Source of the DNA: Rhynchobatus australiae
Taxonomy: Eukaryota
Assembly: GCA_034780895.1 (NCBI GenBank)
Contig: JAUZTB010000076.1
Location: forward strand, 48,999,036 to 49,063,035
Reading direction: 5' to 3'
Length of the DNA: 64,000 bases
This document shows positions 1 through 12,000 of the stretch, one piece after another (positions within the stretch are counted from its first letter, which is position 1; each line of letters starts with the position of its first letter). The notes under the pieces are model-generated. The model ran no database searches. It saw nothing but the letters and a program-made list of their open reading frames with translations, and was not told the origin of the DNA. Made by a program: the position numbers and the translations under genes.

Positions 1-47
1 AGTCACTGATGGTCGTGCCGTGCTGGTGAGTGTGGGTGATGAGTGAT
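1..47 (-). CDS. Mucin repeat exon, truncated by window edge (NHSSPTLTSTARPSVT...)
   Basis: Acceptor ttcttccaacag ends at 48; homologous to the other units. Confidence 0.75.
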
Positions 48-3000
48 CTGTTGGAAGAACAGAAGTGTGAGGAGCAATGCCATCCCAGAAAAGACAGCAG
101 CCACAGTCCAGGCTTTGTAAAGAGTTGGGAAGGAGTGGATATCACCACTCCCTTTGCGATCGATTTTACTGAGGTTGTCACCAGGGTTTCTGAAGATACT
201 GTGAGTATGATCTCTTTAACCAAAAATCAGATATGACAATACATTGCAGCCATTTGCTTTGGAAGCATTCTGGTTTATATACAAAAAGCCGAGATGTTTC
301 TTTCGACCTACTTGAAACAGTAGTGAATGAAGTAGTCACTGATGGTGGAGCCGTGCTGGTGAGTGTGAGTGATGAGTGATCTGTTGGAAGAACAGAAGTG
401 TGAGGAACAATGCCACACACAAAAAGACAAAAGCCACAGCCCAGACTTTGCTATGAAGAGGGCCAGAGTGCATTACACTATTCCCTTTACAAGTGAGTTT
501 ACTGAGCTTGGGGCACCGAGGTTTCTGAAGATGGATTGAATTTGATGTCTTTAACTGAGAATCGGATTTTACAATACATTGCAGCCTTTTGCTTTGTAAA
601 CAATTTGATTTAGAAACAGAAAGCTGGGGCACTTCTGTGGACCTACTTGAAGCATTGGTGAATGAAGTAGTCGCTGATGGTGGAGCCATGCTGGTGAGTG
701 AGAGTGATGAGTGACCTGTTGGAAGAAAAAGTGTGAGGATTAATGTCACCGCAGAAAAGACAGAAGCCACAGTCCAGGCTTTGCAATGATGTGGGCAGGA
801 GTGGATATCGTCACTCCCTTTGCAATCAATTTTACTGAGGTAGCCATCAAGGTTTCTGAAGACAGAATGAATTTGATCTCTTTAACCGAAAATCAGATAC
901 GACAATACACTGCAGCCATTTGCTTTGTAACTGTTTCGATTTACAAGCAAAAAGCCGAGATGTCTATGTGGACCTACTTGAATCATTGGTGAAGGAAGGA
1001 GTCACTGATGGTGGAGCCGTGCTGGTGAGTGTGAGTGATGAGTGATCTGTTGGAAGAACAATAGTGTGAGGAACAATGCCACATATTGAAAGATGGAAAC
1101 CACAGCCTAGGCTGCGATATAAAGTGAGCAGGAGTGGATTACACCATTCCATTTCCAAGTCATTTTATGGAGCTTGTCACCAAGTTATGTAAACATAGAC
1201 TGAATTTGATCTTTTTAACTGAAAATCAGTTAAAACAATATATTTTGGAAACATTTTGATTTACAAAAAGCTGAGTTATTTCTGTGGACGTACTTGAAGT
1301 TGCAGTGAATGAAGTAGTCACTGATGGTGGAGCCGTGCTGGTGAGTGTGGGTGATGAGGGGTCTGTTGGAAGAACAGAAGTGTGAGGAACAATTCCACCC
1401 CAGAAAAAAATGTAGCCACAGTCCAGGCTTTACAATGAAGTGGGCAGGAGAGGATACCACCACTCCCTTTGCAATCGATTTTACAGAGCTTGTCACCAAA
1501 GTGTCCGAAGATATATTGAATTTGATCTCTTTATCCGAAATTCTGCTATGAAGATACATTTCAGCCATTTGTTTGGGAAACATTTTGATTTACAAACAAA
1601 AAGCTGAGGTATTTCTGTGGACCTACTTGAAGTTGCAGTGAATGAACTAGTCACTGATGGTGGAGCCGTGCTGGTGAGTGTGGGTGAGGAGTGATCTGTT
1701 GGAAGAACAGAAGTGTGAGGAACAATGCCACACACAAAAAGACAAAAGCCACAGACCAGACTTTCCTATGAAGAGGGCGATAGTGCGTTACACTATTCCC
1801 TTTACAACTGAGCTTACTGAGCTTGGTACCAAGATTTCTGATGATGGATTGAATTTGATGTCTGTAAACTGAGAATCAGATTTTACAATAGATTGCAGCC
1901 TTTTGCTTTGTAAACAATTTGATTTAAAAACAGAAAGCTGGGGCACTTCTGTGGACCTACTTGAAGCATTGGTGAATGAAGTAGTCGCTGATGGTGGAGC
2001 CGTGCTGGTGAGTGTGAGTGATGAGTGATCTGTTGGAAGAACAGGAGTGTGAGGAATGATGCCACCCCAGAAAAGACAGAAGCCACAGTCCAGGCTTTGT
2101 AATGAAGTGGGCAGGAGTGGATATCACCATTCCATTTGCAATCAATTTTACTGAAGTTGTCACCAAGGTTTCAGAAGATATATTGAATTTGATCTCATTA
2201 ACCAAAAATCAGTTTAGACAATACACTGCAGCCATTTTTTGAAACATCTTGGTTTAAAAACAAGATTCTGGGGTTTTTCTTTGAACCTACTTGAATTTGC
2301 AGTGAATGAAGTAGTCACTGATGGTGGAGCCGTGCTGGTGTATGTAAGTGATGAGGGGTCTGTTGGAAGAACAGAAGTGTGAGGAACAATTCCACCCCAG
2401 AAAAAAAAGTAGCCACAGTCCAGGCTTTGCAATGAAGTGGGCAGGAGAGGATACCACCACTCCCTTTGCAATCGATTTTACTGAGCTTGTCACCAAGGTT
2501 TCTGAAGATAGGTTGAATTTGATCTCTTTAACCAAAAATCAGATATGACAATATATTGCAGCCATTTGCTTTGGAAACATTCTGGTTTATAAATGAAAAG
2601 CCGAGATGTTTCTTTGGACCTACTTGAAGTTGTAATGAATGAAGTAGTCACTGAGGGTGGAGCCGTGCTGGTGAGTGTGGGTGATGAGGGATCTGTAGAA
2701 AGAACAGAAGTGTGAGGTACAATGTCACACACAAGAAGACAGATGCCAAAGTCTTGGCTTTGCTATGNNNNNNNNNNNNNNNNNNNNNNNNNNNNNNNNN
2801 NNNNNNNNNNNNNNNNNNNNNNNNNNNNNNNNNNNNNNNNNNNNNNNNNNNNNNNNNNNNNNNNNNNATGAAAGACAGAAACCACAGCCAAGGCTTTGCC
2901 GTGAACAGGGCAGGAGTGGATTCCACCATTCCCTTTTGAAGTGATTTTAAGGAGTTCCTCATCAAGTTATGTAAACATTGATAGAATTTGATCTCTTTAA

Positions 3001-6000
3001 CCAAAAATCAGTTAAGACAATACATTGCAGCCATTTGTCTTGTAACCATTTTGATTTACAAACAAAAAGCTTGGGTATTTGTGTGGACCAAATTGAAGTT
3101 GTAGTAAGTGAAGGAGTCACTGATGATGGAGCCGTGCTGGTGAGTGTGGGTGATGAGTGATCTGTTGGAAGGACAGAAGTGTGAGGAACAATGCCACACA
3201 TGGAAGACAGAAGCCACAGCTCAGGCTTTGATATAAAGTGGGCAGGAGTGGGTTACACCACTTCATTTGCAAGTAATTTTTCTGAGCTCGTCACCCACAT
3301 TTATGAAGGTTGATTGTATTTGATGTCTTTAAACTAAAATCAGATAGAACAATACATTGCACCCTTTTGCGTTGCAACAATTTTCAGATACAAATAAAAT
3401 ACTGGGGTTTTTCTGTGAACCCACTTGAAGCATTGGTGAATGAAGTAGTCACTGATGGTGGAGCCGTGCTGGTGAGTGTGAGTGATGAGGGATCTGTTGG
3501 AAGAACAGAAGTGTGAGGATCAATGCCACACACAAAAAGACAGAAGCCACAGTTCTGGCTTTGCAATGAAGTGGGCAGGAGAGGATATCATCACTCCCTT
3601 TGCAATCGATTTTACTGAGCTTGTCACCAAGGATTCCGAAGATAGTTTGAATTTGATCTCTTTATCCAAAATTCAGATATGACAATACATTGCAGCCAGT
3701 TGTTTTGGAAACATTCTGATGTACAAACAAAGAGCCGAAATTCTCTGTGGACCTACTTGACGCATTGGTGAATGAAGGAATCACTGATGGTGGAACCGTG
3801 CTGGAGAGTGTGGGTGTTGTGTGATCTGTTGGAAGAACAGAAGTGTGAGGAACAATGCCACACACAAAATGACAGAATGCACAGCCCAGGATTTGCAATA
3901 AAGTGGGCAGGAATCAATAACACTTTTCCCGTTGCAAGTGATTTTAAGGATCTTGTCACCAAGGTTTCCGCAGATAGATTGAATTTGATCTCTTTAACCG
4001 AAAATCAGTTAATACAATACATTGCAGCCATTTGTTTTGTAACCATTTTGATTTACAAACAAAAAGCCAGGGTATTTATGTGGACCTACTTGAAGTTGCA
4101 GTGAATGAAGTAGTCACTGATGGTGGAGCCGCGCTGGTGAGTGTGGGTGATGAGGAATCTGTTGGAAGAACAGAAGTGTGAGGAACAATGGCACACCTGG
4201 AAAGACGGAAACCACAGCCCTCGCTTTGCTGTGAAGAGGGCAGGAGTGGATTACACCATTCCTGTTACATGTGATTTTTTGTATCTTGTCACCTAGTCAT
4301 GTAAGCATAGATTGAATTTGATCACTTTACCTGAAAATAGGTTAAGTCAATACATTGCAGCCACTTGTTATGGAAACAATGTGATTTAAACACAAAAAGC
4401 TGTGGTATTTCTGTGGACCTACTTGAAGCTCTGGTGAAGGAAGTAGACATTGATGGTGGTGCTGTGCTGGTGAGTGTGAGCGATGGGTGATCTGTTGGAA
4501 GAACAGAAATGTTGATAAAAATACCACACATGAAAAAACAGAAGCCACATTCCAATGAACGGGGCAAGAGTGGATATCGCAACTCCTTTTGCAAGTGATT
4601 TTACTGAGCTCGTCACCAAGGTTTCCAAAGATAGCTGAATTTTATCTCTTTATTCAAAGTTATGCTGCAACCATCCATTGCAGACATTTGGTTTTGGAAA
4701 CATTTTGATTTACAAACAAAAAGCCAGAATGTATCTGTGGACATACTTGAAGTTGTAGTGAATGAAGTAGTCACTGATGGCGGAGCCGTGCTGGTGAGTG
4801 TGAGTGATGAGTGATCTGCTGGAAGAACAGAAGTGTGAGGAACAATGCCACGCATGGAAGGCAGAAGACACAGCCCAGGACTTCGCTATGAAGAGGGCAG
4901 GAGAGGGTTTCACTATTCCCTTTACAAGTGAGTTTTCTGAGCTTGGCACCAAGGTTTCTGAAGATGGATTGAATTTGATGTCTTTAACCGAAAATCAGAT
5001 ATTACAATGCATTGCAGCCATTTGCTTTGTAAACAATTTTATTTTAAAACAGAAAGCTGGGGCACTTCTGTGGACCTACTTGAAGCATTGGTGAATGAAG
5101 CAGTCACTGATGGTGGAGCCGTGCTGGTGAGTGTGAGTGATGAGTGATCTGTTGGAAGAACAGGAGTGTTGGTAAAATACCACACACGAAAAGACGGAAA
5201 CCACAGCCTAGCCTGCGATATAAAGTGGGCAGGTGTTGATTACACCATTCCATTTCCAAGTCATTTTACAGAGCTTGTCACCAAGTTATGTAAACATAGA
5301 TTGAATTTGATCTCTTTAACTGAAAATCAGTTAAGATAATATATTGTGGAAACATTATGATTTACAAACAAAAAGCTGAGTTTTTCTGTGGACCTACTTG
5401 AAGCATTGGTGAATGAAGTAGTCGCTGATGGTGGAGCCGTGCTGTTGTGTGTGAGTGATGAGTGACCTGTTGGAAGAACAGAAGTGTGAGGAACAATGCC
5501 ACCCCAGAAAAGACACAAGCCACAGTCCAGGCTTTGCAATGAAGTGGGCAGGATTGGATATCACCACTCCCTTTGCAATCGATTTTACTGAGCTTGTCAC
5601 CAAGGTTTCTGAAGATAGATTGATTTGATATTTTTATCCAAAATTCAGATATGACAATACTCTGCAGTCATTTGTTTTGGAAACATTCTGATTTACAAAC
5701 AAAAAGCCAAAATTCTCTGTGGATCTACTTGAAGCATTGGTGAGTGAAGTAGTCACTGATGGTGGAGCCGTGTCGGTCAGTGTGGGTGTTGAGTGATCTG
5801 TTGGAAGAACAGAAGTGTGAGGAACAATGCCACACATGGAAAGTCAGAAACCACAGCCCAGGATATGCAACAAAGTGGGCAGGAGTCAATAACACGATTC
5901 CCTTTGCAAGTGATTTTAAGGATCTTGTCACCAAAGTTTCCGAAGATAGATTGAATTTGATCTCTTTATCCAAAATTCTGATACGAGAAAACATTTCAGC

Positions 6001-9000
6001 CATTTTTTTGGAAACATTCTAATGTAAAAACAAAAAGCTGGCATACTTCTATGGACCTACTTGAAGCATTGGTGAATGAAGTCATCTGTGATGGTGGAGC
6101 CGTGCTGGTGAGTGTGAGTAATGAGTGATCTGTTGGAAGAACAGAAGTGTGAGGAACAATGCCACACATTGAAAGATGGAAACCACAGAATAGGTTTTGA
6201 TATAAAGTGTGTAGGAGTGGATTACACCATTCCCTTTGGAGGTAATTTTACAGAGCTTGTCACCAACATTTATGAAGGTAGATTGAATTTAATGTTTTTA
6301 ACCTAAAATCAGATATGAATATGCATTGCAGCCTTTCGTTTTGTAACCATTATGATTTACATACAAGATGCTGGGGTTTTTCCGTGGACCTACTTGAAGC
6401 ATTGGTGAATGAAGTAGTCACTGATGATGGAGCCGTGCTGGTGAGTGTGAGTGATGAGTGATCTGTGGAAGAACAGAAGTGTGAGGATTAATGCCACACC
6501 TGAACAGAAAAAAACTACAACCTACACTTTGCTAGAAAGTGGGAAGGAGGTATCTACACCGTTCTCCTCCATAAAGGGTTGTCAACACACTTTAACTGAC
6601 CTTATCAGCACAGACCAAACTGCCTGGAAATGATTTTAATTTTTATCTTTAAAGGAAAATTAGACACAGGCAATGCATTGTTGCCACTCCTGAAGGATTT
6701 TAAATGAAAATGAAAAGCGAGTGCATCTCTGCGGACATACAGGACCCTGTTCAGAATGAAGTCGTCACTGATGCTGGAGTGTGATTGAAGAGTGGAAGAA
6801 CTAAATTGTGAGTGGTGCATGCCACATCGCATCGGAGAGAAACCACAGTCTGGATATTAGACTGAATCTTCAGATACATTGTTGTTTCCTAAAAAAATTG
6901 GGGTTTGGATGACTGTCCTTTTTCAATGTGATTAGCCCAATTCGCATAAATCTTTATTTGAAATTAGGCAAGATATTACTATTTTTGCAACTTAAAACCC
7001 AGCTCTTTTTGGAGCCGTTCATGTTAGATTTCCATCAAAGCAACACTGACTATGAAAACAAGGAAATTCAACCTGAATTGCTGCTGCCTCTGTGAAATCA
7101 ACGTGACCACAGAGAAACGGCAGGGGAATGGGACTATTTAAGCAGTTCAGACAAGTAGCTATGGCTCCTCAACTGGATGAAATGAGTTTCTTGGAGCTGT
7201 ATCACTTTTTATGATTCTACCATCATTCAATATGAATCAGATAATATCAACACATTATGGGAATGTGATTTGTAGCCATTCTGACTTTATTCAAAAGGCT
7301 GGTTATCTCCAATGGACATACTTGAACCTGTTGCTTTTGAAGTCGCCACTGTTTGAGCCGTGCTGGTGGTTGTGAGTGAAGATTGATCTGTTGGAATAAC
7401 AGAAGTGTGAGGATTAATGCATAGCACATCTGAATATATAGGGACCACAGGTGAGGCTTTGCTGTAAATTCAGAGAGAATGGCTTAAAACATTCACTTTG
7501 AGAAAGAGAATCATCGTCTGATTCTTCCGAAGATTGTTTGACTTTCATGTCTTGAAAGGAAAATCAGATACAGTCAATACATTGCTAGCATGTATTTTGC
7601 AAATCCTTTGACTGAAAAACAAAATGCATAGATATTTCAGTGGGCATGTTTGAACCTTTTGTGAATGATGCAGTCCCTGATGGTAGAGCTGTGCTGGTGG
7701 GTGCAGGTGGTATGTTATCTAGTGGAAGAACAAAAGTGTGATGCATGCCATACCTCAATAGGTGGAAACCAGAGCCAAGGATGTGCTAGAAATTATTAAT
7801 GGCTAACACCATTCTCCTNNNNNNNNNNNNNNNNNNNNNNNNNNNNNNNNNNNNNNNNNNNNNNNNNNNNNNNNNNNNNNNNNNNNNNNNNNNNNNNNNN
7901 NNNNNNNNNNNNNNNNNNACTCCTTACAGGCAGCGGTGGGAATCGAACCCGGGTCACTGGCGCTGTAATAGCGCCGTGCTAACCACTAAGCTATGTGCTG
8001 TGCCTTACAAACCAATCTCTATTTGGCATTAGAAAGTGTATTTATTTCTCATATTAATTATTTTTAACTTGTATCCTATCATATGAAGGAATCCTCCATT
8101 TTATATTTCCATCAAAGAAACATTGATAATGAAAATGGAGAAGTTCAGCCTGAATTGCAACCGTCTGTGCTCAGAATGAGGGTGACCATGGGGAAAGAGT
8201 AGAAGAATGGGATATTTTTAGGCAATTTGAACAAACAGCTGCTGATTCACAATGGGATGAAATTATTTTCTCAGTGCTTTATCATTCTCTACGATGTTAC
8301 CATCATTCAGAGAAAATGAGATCCAGGCAATACACTGTGGGAATGTGGTTATGGTTTATATCCATTTTGACTTTAAATCAAAAAGTTGTACATCATTATG
8401 GATGTACTTGAACCTGTTGTGAATGAACTAGTCACTGATGGTGGAGCCATGCTGGTGGATGTGAGTGATGAGTGATCTTTTGGGAAGAACAAACGTGTGA
8501 GAAGTAATGCCATACCTGACAGGACAGAAGCCACAGCTCAGACTTCACGATAAACTAGGAAGGAAAGGATGACACCATTCTCCTTGAAAATGGTTGCCCA
8601 CAGACTTTAAGTGAGCTTGTCAATTAGATTCAATGCAAGTGTGAGCATGGCAAACTGAAGGGAAGCTCAACAATCCGACTGAAGAGGCCCCCACAGTCAG
8701 CAGAGTAAGGATTAAGCACAATTAATGTAAATCACGTTAAGGTCATTGCATGGTTTATCAATAGAGTTTGCATCAAGCACAGAAATATTTCAAACAGTAT
8801 AAAGCCCAAAACATGTAAAAGTGAGTGATCTCAATTTATATATCTACAGATGCGAGAGCAGTAAATGCTCAGCCATGCTGTTCAGCAGAATCCAGAGGTC
8901 ACTTGCATTCAGAACGCATATTGCTTCCTATGAGTAAACCTATACAAAAGGTGACAATTCTTCAAATGGCGCACAGGCAAAATGAAAATGACATTGAACT

Positions 9001-12000
9001 TTCTGCCTCAAACCATTTCATTCCATTTGTATCAAGACAAATAGAACATTTTGTTCACATTTTGAAGAGAGATCCAAGCAGGATCACTTAAATTTGAAAT
9101 CAAACTTTAAAGTAGTATTTAAACTTTAGGTACATTTATTGTTGCTTGAAGAATTGGAGTTTGGATTACCATTCCTCTAACAACGTGGTCAATTCAATTC
9201 ATAATTTCAAACAGGTATCTATTTCACATTGGATAATATATTTTTTTACAACTTAAAACCCGTCTTGTCATGGAATCCTTCATTTTGGATTTCTGTCAAA
9301 GAAGCACAGACAATAAAAATGAGGAAATTTGGCTAGAGTTGCAGCTGCATGGGGAAAGCAGAGAAGTGGGATTATTTAAGGAGTTAGAATAACAGTTGCA
9401 ATGAAGCAATGGGATGAAATGTATTTCTCAGTGCAGTTTCTCATTCTCTTTGATTCTGCCATTGTTCAGTGAAAGTCATGTACTGCCTGGCATTTTGTAT
9501 TTTATATCGAATTTCTAGTGTTTTTCTTTTGGGTTATAACTTATTAATATTTTACTTACTTCTGAATGAACAGGGCTTAAGTTTTACAGAGATGTACTAA
9601 CAATAGGGGCAATTTGATTCATGTCTGAAGGTGATTCCGAAGTATGTCGACCAAGCAGAGATTGTAATCCCACAATTGTTGGGGATCCGACTATCTTTAC
9701 TGCATCCTATGGATTTCAGAACTTAATGGAGTATTTGTGGAAGCCAGGAGCAGTTGGTCTGGTTCAATGACTTAGCTATATAGCTCAGCAGAATTCAGGA
9801 GGTGAGATCATCCTTGTTCATAAAGTATACCGTATGAAAAATGTGCCTCATACAGGAAAACATCTATGGAAGTCAGAACATCACACCTGGTCCTCCAGGC
9901 AGGATTAAGACAAAATCGATCTATTTTGCCCAATCACTTCCATTCCACTTGCTCTGGCATGTGAAGTCTTATTTAATGATGCATGAGTGCTGGGGATGCT
10001 AGTAGTCACTGGCTCAGTAGACGTGCTGGTGAAATCTGCTGTTGGATGAAACTGAAGGACTTTACGGTTGGAACCAAAAGTGCATTAAGTAAAATAACTT
10101 GTCCTATCACACTCAAAAACTTCCTGTCACACTCAAAAACTTTTTACCCTTGTTAAAAAGGATGAATATTCCCTCTTGACGATATTCCAATCCAAATCAT
10201 TGAGCCTTAGTTTGTTCACAAGTGTGCTGTTTGATATATTATTGTCCATATGATCACTTGTGCGATTGCAAGAGAAACAAATCCTTCCAATTTATGTTTT
10301 GCTGTCTCAGGGAACTTCCATTCCCAGTGGAAAAAAATGATCAAATGTAATTGCTTCAAGACAAAATTCACCAATACATTGACGGAATTTCGGTGAATTT
10401 TGTCCAGCAGAGAAACAATGATATTTGACGCTGAAATTGTTACTTGATTTTGCAAGAAGGCATGGAAGTTTTAAAGCTATTGAGTTCACTGCAGTGTTCA
10501 CTCAAAACCTCCAAAAGAAATACATACAATTTTGATTTAAAATCTTGCCTGTTTCCTTGGTTTTATCATGAGAATTAACAACATCCAGGAACTTTCATCT
10601 ATGGTTCTGATGATGTTGTTCTTTTAAGAAAATGATTTTGTTTTTGCTTGTCATTTATTTCATTATGAAAATGGTGTAACACTTGCTGCTGTATGGTTCC
10701 AATTGATTTCCTTTCATGTGTTATCTTGAGTGAAATGAGCCAATATAAAGGCATATATTTGGCTTTGCTCAACAATAATGTTCACAGATTGCCAAGAGAG
10801 ATCACTCAATAGCTATGACAAATAGGTATAGTGATTGATAACTTCTCTACTGGGACAGGCTAATAATGGTGGTCCCACTGCTATATCATCAGCTGAAAGT
10901 TCCCAAACAGAACCTGGGGCCCTGTACACTTCAGTACTGCTCCAGGCAATGCAATAACTCAGTAACTTTAGGTCAGCTTCATTGAAATCTCCATAGCCAC
11001 TGCTGGTACTGCATCCTTTTGATAATTTCTTGGTTCATTATTCCTTTAAAAATAGGGTAAGATTGGGCACTGCAAGTATTCTCCAGGTAGAAAGATGTTA
11101 CCATCCACATTGTCTCAGGAACAAATATCAGGTACCAATGATGCTCACACTGGATTTTGTAACAAATGTATGGATTTCCAACATATTTTAAGACCTTGTT
11201 CTTTAGCAGCAAGAAGAAAAAACATCATCTTAGTTTCTCCTTGAGAATGCTACTAATGCTGTGTTATGACATTTAAAAGTAGAAGATGGACCATCCTTTT
11301 AAGATGTGTGCATCGATCTAATGAGGAAAGTCTGGGAATATAACTCAATGGTAAATCTGTGCTGAGTTTGAAGGGTACATTCTAGCTCAGTGCAAGTGGG
11401 GATTGCCTCATCAGCTGCCAGACAAGAAGGAGCTAAAAATCTATCCCCATATTTTCTATCCAGGCACATCCTGCTGGCAAGCAGTAGTAGTAATACAACA
11501 CAAGATGGTTAATGCTGTTTGATGCCTGAATTTGTATTTCTTATTTTGTGGTCAGCAGAATTTCTACTTGAAGTGTCAGTGGAAAAAAAAATGGATAGAT
11601 TGAAATTTTGGAAAAAATATTAACTGAGGTTTGGAACTATCAGGAATGCAAATTGCATTCCAACATCAATGTAATCCTACTGTTACAATACAGCAGTGAT
11701 GCTAATGCACAACTTACCTTGATAATTATTACTATTTGTTAATATCCAACTTATTTACGGTGGCTAGGGGCAAGAGGCAGCTGAATCATGACGTGTTGCT
11801 TTCATGGGTGGGTGGGTGACAGTCATAAGATTGTCAAGAGGTTTATGGTTAAAAAAATCCTTAAAAGAACACCAAATCCCCATATTAGACAATAGGCTTA
11901 ATCTATGGGAAGCTGGCGTGTGAAAAAAAAATAAAAGGGACTTTCTTAACTTCATGGATCCAACAGTCATTTACTCACATTGCAATTGGCTTTGGCAAAC

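Larger units (their letters stand above)
1..6560 (-). repeat. Tandem array of ~316-335-bp exon+intron units (at least 20 units; interrupted by N gap 2768-2867)
   Basis: The motif gacctacttgaa...gtcactgatggtggagccgtgctggtgagtgtg...gatctgttggaagaacagaagtgtgagg recurs at 312, 647, 978, 1294, 1627, 1961, 2291, 2624, 3093, 3425, 3757, 4090, 4423, 4747, 5080, 5398, 5729, 6061 and 6394. Confidence 0.98.
6960..9470. repeat. Three diverged copies of a ~250-300-bp intronic segment (~6960-7260, ~8060-8330, ~9230-9470)
   Basis: Shared motifs ...gatttccatcaaag...gaaattcaacctgaattgc...gggatgaaat...catcattca; the first and third copies also share acttaaaaccc. Confidence 0.8.

Noticed and set aside
1-6500. 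CRISPR-like conserved repeat plus variable spacer pattern
   Set aside because: The 'spacers' are ~260 bp and homologous to each other, the context is vertebrate and there are no cas genes.
30-6633. Repeated plus-strand ORFs (DLLEEQKCEEQCH...) and longer minus-strand ORFs across the array
   Set aside because: They are shadows of the repeat: they run through intron sequence and are broken by stops and frameshifts at variable positions. Only the AG/GT-bounded 69-nt segment is length- and frame-conserved.
7919-8004. tRNA-like sequence
   Set aside because: It continues into the V-SINE body (ctgtaaggagt), so it is a SINE head, not a tRNA gene.
11712-11770. Strong minus-strand donor AAG|gtaagt with nearby ctag acceptor
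   Set aside because: The implied exon has a stop in the phase-1 frame and is not S/T-rich.
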